Shown: positions 7,633-11,155 of the stretch, one piece after another
How the letters are laid out: every line of letters begins with the position of its first letter
Numbering within the stretch: the first letter of the stretch is position 1
Assembly: GCA_040901675.1 (NCBI GenBank)
Contig: JBBDYJ010000032.1
Span: 215,907 to 227,061, forward strand
Origin: Pirellulales bacterium
GTDB taxonomy: Bacteria; Planctomycetota; Planctomycetia; Pirellulales; JAICIG01
Direction: 5' to 3'
Length of the DNA: 11,155 nucleotides
The notes under the pieces: generated by a model
The model's input: the letters and a program-made list of their open reading frames with translations, nothing else
Told to the model about the DNA's origin: nothing
The model's database searches: none
Made by a program: the position numbers and the translations under genes

Positions 7633-8829
7633 ATGACCATGCTGGAACGAGAACAATCACTGGCCACTCGGCGCTCGGCCGCGTGGCGTTCGATCTGGCT
7701 GACCTTGCTGACGGCAAGCGTGGCGCTGGCCGCGTCGCTGCTGGGAGTCAACCGCTCAGCGGCCCAAGTGGGCCAGGACGAGGCGCCGGCGGGTACAGCC
7801 CAGGACGAGAATGTCGACAAGGAAGCGGCTGCTTCCGATCCGCCCATGGAGGCAGCGGCCACCGACGCCGATCAGCTCGAAGTGGTGCGGCAGGCGCTGC
7901 TCGACAGGGCGGCCCGGCTCCGCGCCGAGTGGCGGCTGGCGCGCGGCGAAGTGCCGGAGGCGCTGCTGGATCTGGACGCGAAGATTCGCGGGGCCGACAG
8001 CGGCCCGGAGATTCGCGAGCTGATCGCCGTGTTGCAAGAATTCCAATTGCAGCCGCGCGCCGACAAGAGCCGCGCGCCGCTCGTGCGGCAATTGGAGGCG
8101 TTGGAGCGGGTATTCGTCGAGTTCGATGGCGAAGTTCCCAAGGAGCTTCGCGCGCTGCGGGCCAAGCTCACCAACGATAGGAACGGTGAGGCGGCAAGCT
8201 CGGAGGTTCCGCAAGAAGGTACGGCCGACGAGGAAGAGCCGGTGGTCGTAATCAAGCGGCTTCAGGAGCGCCTGCAAGGGGCGGTCGAGAGGCGGCTGGC
8301 CGCCGAGCCAGATGTCGGGCAACCGCGGAAGACCGCGCCGGCAGCCGGCAGAGCAAACCGCGGGAGCAGCCCTGAGCGCTTGGCGGACCAGGGCGAAGGG
8401 GCAGTCGATGTCCGGGGCCAGCCGGACGACTTCAGCTTGCACGCAGGCGGCCTGGCTCAGCTCGACCTGATCCGCTTGGCCGAAGCTTACAGCGATGCCA
8501 TGGCGGAGGTGGAGATCGCCAAGGCGCGGCTGGCCCAGGTGCACGAGACCAACGACAGGAATCCCGACACGTTGCCGGCTACCGAGGTGGCGATTCACGA
8601 GGTCAGGTATCTGGCGGCCGAGCGCAAGCTGAAGCTGCTGCGCGCCATCGCATCGGCCGCCCTGCAGGCGGCGAAGGCAGAGCTGGAAGCCTCACATGAC
8701 CAGCACCTGAGCACCCAGCGACTCGCCGAAAAGGGCTTCGCAACCCAGCAGCAGGTGCGGGCTTCCTTGGCCCGTCGCACTCGGATCGAGAGCACGGTCA
8801 AGATACTGGAATTGATCGTCGCCGAGTGA
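7633..8829 (+). CDS. Hypothetical exported or membrane-anchored helical (coiled-coil) protein, 398 aa
   Basis: AGGAGA-GA-ATG at 7633; basic then hydrophobic N-terminus (RRSAAWRSIWLTLLTASVALAASLLGV..SAAQ); A/E/L/R-rich helices with acidic linkers; C-terminal RLAEKGFATQQQV resembles the turn of an alpha-hairpin. Confidence 0.82.
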   Translation: MTMLEREQSLATRRSAAWRSIWLTLLTASVALAASLLGVNRSAAQVGQDEAPAGTAQDENVDKEAAASDPPMEAAATDADQLEVVRQALLDRAARLRAEWRLARGEVPEALLDLDAKIRGADSGPEIRELIAVLQEFQLQPRADKSRAPLVRQLEALERVFVEFDGEVPKELRALRAKLTNDRNGEAASSEVPQEGTADEEEPVVVIKRLQERLQGAVERRLAAEPDVGQPRKTAPAAGRANRGSSPERLADQGEGAVDVRGQPDDFSLHAGGLAQLDLIRLAEAYSDAMAEVEIAKARLAQVHETNDRNPDTLPATEVAIHEVRYLAAERKLKLLRAIASAALQAAKAELEASHDQHLSTQRLAEKGFATQQQVRASLARRTRIESTVKILELIVAE

Positions 8830-8836
8830 ATTGCGC

Positions 8837-9559
8837 ATGCACATCGTGCTCGTACTGAAGTTTATTGTGGTGGTATTCCTGGCGGCGGCGTTGGCACGCG
8901 CCGGCCGGGCGGTCTTCGCCCGGCGCCGAAGCGACCGGGACGACGACCTGGTGCCCGCCAGGTCCAGCTCCACAACCTGGCTCGGCCGCCTGGTCTTGCT
9001 GGCCACGCTGGCCGTGGCCATGGGCCTGGTGGCCTGCCAACTGGGTGGATACTATTTCTTTTTGGATCCCACCGGCGGGCGATGGACCGTTTACGGTCAC
9101 GGCTGGCCGCTGATCAATCAGCAAGACGAGCCGTTCCAATTCACGGGCGATGCCGAGCTGCCGGTCTACCTGTTCGCTTTGGCCGCCGACCTGTTGCTGG
9201 CCTTGGCCGTCATGGTGGCGACCGTGGCGGTCCTGGATCGTCTGCTCGCACACGAGCGTGCTGGACGGCCAGGAGTTGAACCGCGAGCCGGGCGCCCACC
9301 GCGGCGTGCGCTCTGGCTCGACCTGGGCGGGCTGCTGGCGGCCTTGTTGATCGTGCTGGTGCTTGACCACAAGCTAGCCACACCCGTGATGCTGCCCGGC
9401 GCCGAACGGGTCTTGTTGTTCGTGTCGGTAAGCCAGGAACTGTGGTACGTGCGCGTGCCGTGTCTCGCCGGCCTGACCGCCGCGCTATTCATGGCCGGCG
9501 TGTTGACCAGCAGGGGCCTCGTGAAGCTCGTATTGCTCCGGGACGAAGGAGTGATCTAA
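8837..9559 (+). CDS. Hypothetical multi-pass membrane protein (~240 aa)
   Basis: ATG 7 bp after the upstream stop; about 5 hydrophobic segments separated by Arg-rich loops; YGHGWP loop. Confidence 0.75.
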   Translation: MHIVLVLKFIVVVFLAAALARAGRAVFARRRSDRDDDLVPARSSSTTWLGRLVLLATLAVAMGLVACQLGGYYFFLDPTGGRWTVYGHGWPLINQQDEPFQFTGDAELPVYLFALAADLLLALAVMVATVAVLDRLLAHERAGRPGVEPRAGRPPRRALWLDLGGLLAALLIVLVLDHKLATPVMLPGAERVLLFVSVSQELWYVRVPCLAGLTAALFMAGVLTSRGLVKLVLLRDEGVI

Positions 9560-9592
9560 AGGCAGAAGGCAGAAGGCAGAAGGCAGAAGGCA
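9559..9592 (+). repeat. 7-bp tandem repeat (AAGGCAG), 4.9 copies
   Basis: Perfect units starting in the stop codon of the membrane protein gene, in the gap between convergent genes. Confidence 0.95.
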
Positions 9593-9695
9593 CCTACCAA
9601 TGCAGGTGCTTCGCGGACGTGACGAGCAACCAAGTTGCCGCGGAACTCACCGGCGGGCCACAAGCGGCAGAAGCTTGAACCGGGGGTCCAGCTCG

Positions 9696-10676
9696 CTAGG
9701 GGGCTTCTTCCCAAGCCAGGATTCGCGGGCCGCGCGGACCGAAGGCAGTCCAGTAGTAGGTAGTGCCGCTGGAATTCACGGTGCTGTTTCTGCCTACCTC
9801 AAACCCGTCCGCCGCGATCTGCTGGATCGAGTCGGCCAGGTTCGCGTTATTGCTGAACGTCAGCGCGCCGGCCGACGTGCCCAGCGAGGCCGGGCGGTGC
9901 ACGCCGCTGGCGGTCGACCAGGCCTTTACCATGACATATTCCGGCCGATAGCCGAGCCCCCTGATAACGCGGTTGTCCACCCCATCGCCGGCATACGAGC
10001 CGATGCTCACCTCGAGCGCCGTCGCTTTCCAGGCGGCGTAATAGTACGTTACCCCGGAAGCGTTTACGTCGGCATGCGTCCCTAGGCGGAAACCAGTGCC
10101 GACGAATCCCAGCAATTTATTGCCGGCGCCGGCCACCGAATCGAAGGCAATGCTGTTGTTTGCCGGCATCAGGTCCGAACGCTGGATGGCATGCCTGTTT
10201 GTGGCGGCCATGACCACGACGTAGTCGGGCTTGAACCCGACGGTCGTGATGTTGGTATTATTGACGCCGTTTCCCGTATAGCTGCCGGCGGCCAGGATAT
10301 CCGCGGCGGCCTTGAATGCGATCCAGTAATAATCCCTTCCCGCTCGGTTCACTTCGTCGTCGCTGCCTAGTGTAAAGCCGTCGCTGGTGAGTGACTGAAT
10401 CCGGTTCGAGACGAGCGCCGTGGCCGCCCCGAGCCGTTTGCTGGCGTCACCGGACATCGGCGACGTGCGGCAGCACGCGTACTCATTGGTGTCCCCCTTG
10501 ATGATCACCACGTCGGGCGCAAACCCAAGACCGGTGATCGCCCTCCCGTCGACCCCATTGCCAACGTACGCGCCCGACTCGGCGGAATGGCAATCGGCCA
10601 GGGCCAAGCTCAGAACAGCCAGTGCCGCCGAAGCGGAAAAGCAGGAGCGAGCCAGGGTCGCGAGTTTTCGTTCCAT
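9696..10676 (-). CDS. Secreted protein with three ~95-aa beta-rich repeats (DUF7483-like, phage tail-associated type), 326 aa
   Basis: Signal peptide MERKLATLARSCFSASAALAVLSLALADCHS; three copies of G.Y.G[ND]GV....I...G[FY].P[DE].V...GF..G....VN..G..YY..A[FW] at aa ~32-127, 128-222 and 223-312; tail GPRILAWEEAP. The family name is from memory, not a search. Confidence 0.85.
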   Translation of the reverse strand: MERKLATLARSCFSASAALAVLSLALADCHSAESGAYVGNGVDGRAITGLGFAPDVVIIKGDTNEYACCRTSPMSGDASKRLGAATALVSNRIQSLTSDGFTLGSDDEVNRAGRDYYWIAFKAAADILAAGSYTGNGVNNTNITTVGFKPDYVVVMAATNRHAIQRSDLMPANNSIAFDSVAGAGNKLLGFVGTGFRLGTHADVNASGVTYYYAAWKATALEVSIGSYAGDGVDNRVIRGLGYRPEYVMVKAWSTASGVHRPASLGTSAGALTFSNNANLADSIQQIAADGFEVGRNSTVNSSGTTYYWTAFGPRGPRILAWEEAP

Positions 10677-10682
10677 GGAAGG

Positions 10683-10691
10683 AGTGTAGCA
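10683..10691 (-). promoter_or_regulatory. Putative extended -10 element TGCTACACT, 6 nt upstream of ATG 10676
   Basis: Minus strand reads TGC-TACACT-CCTTCC-ATG; no Shine-Dalgarno. Confidence 0.55.
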
Positions 10692-10860
10692 GCGCATCGA
10701 GGCTGGCGCCCGGCGATGCTACCGCTGGTAACGGTGGTAACGATCGCGAGGCCGCTGGTGGGGTTCGAACTCGCCGGGTTGGATCCCAGCGATTGAGCAA
10801 ATGCAAATCCCGGCTGGACGATGCGGCCGGGAGGGACTGCGTCGAAACGGCCCATAGGCT

Positions 10861-10888
10861 TTGACTTGCGCTGCCGGCGGCCTAGATT
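10861..10888 (+). promoter_or_regulatory. Putative sigma70-type promoter for the response regulator
   Basis: TTGACT-N16-TAGATT, about 77 bp upstream of ATG 10966. Confidence 0.6.
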
Positions 10889-10965
10889 TTCCTGGACCTG
10901 ACCGCCACCGACCGAGCGCACGGAAGGCTCTCTGATGGGGTTCAATCTTGCGCGCCGCCAGTGCC

Positions 10966-11154
10966 ATGCCCGATCAACCGAAGATCCTGCTCGCCGAGGA
11001 AGATGCCACGCTGGCCGAGATCACGTCGTTCCGGCTTGAGTTGCTCGGCTACCGAGTGGAATGCGTGGAGTCGGCTGCGGCGCTGTTCGACTCGGTGGCG
11101 CGGGAGCTGCCCGGAGCGATCATCCTGGACATGTACCTGCCCGACAGCAGCGGC
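10966..11154 (+). CDS. Response regulator receiver (REC) domain protein; 3' end lies outside the window
   Basis: Read by hand: MPDQPKILLAEEDATLAEITSFRLELLGYRVECVESAAALFDSVARELPGAIILDMYLPDSSG. Acidic pocket EED and phospho-acceptor Asp55 in IILDMYLP. Confidence 0.92.
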   Translation, partial: MPDQPKILLAEEDATLAEITSFRLELLGYRVECVESAAALFDSVARELPGAIILDMYLPDSSG

Positions 11155-11155
11155 T

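Noticed and set aside
10590..10604. Lipobox (ALADC) in the repeat protein
   Set aside because: Asp at -1 does not fit [LVI][ASTVI][GAS]C; signal peptidase I cleavage after CHS seems more likely.
10751..10827. Functional tRNA gene (GTTCGAAC T-loop motif)
   Set aside because: T-stem and anticodon stem do not pair and there is no CCA; kept only as a low-interest finding.
10795..10860. c-di-GMP-I riboswitch (GCAAA...GGGAC)
   Set aside because: Lacks the GNRA-capped P2 and the GACGCAAAG junction, and lies upstream of the predicted promoter of the downstream gene.

Overview
GC-rich bacterial window; protein styles suggest Planctomycetota (inference only). Left to right: 5' part of a lipoprotein gene with a (MAGGG)n tandem repeat (-, runs off the left edge, not in the ORF track); a translationally coupled DUF362 protein + RimK-like ATP-grasp ligase pair (-); two tandem paralogous small membrane proteins (+); a GT4 glycosyltransferase (-); iscS and iscA with no iscU between them (-), each behind a TATAAT and closed by an intrinsic terminator; an exported helical protein whose start region looks like the tail of a BlaR1/M56-type sensor, followed by a membrane protein (+); a secreted protein of three ~95-aa phage-tail-like (DUF7483-like) repeats ending in a PilY1-like RILAWEE tail (-, probably leaderless); and the start of a response-regulator receiver domain (+). 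No rRNA, intact tRNA, CRISPR array or transposase was seen. The best candidates for something new are the triple-repeat secreted protein with its C-terminal motif, the DUF362/ATP-grasp/GT4 module next to iscSA, and the possible M56-derived orphan. Family assignments come from motif recognition, not database searches.
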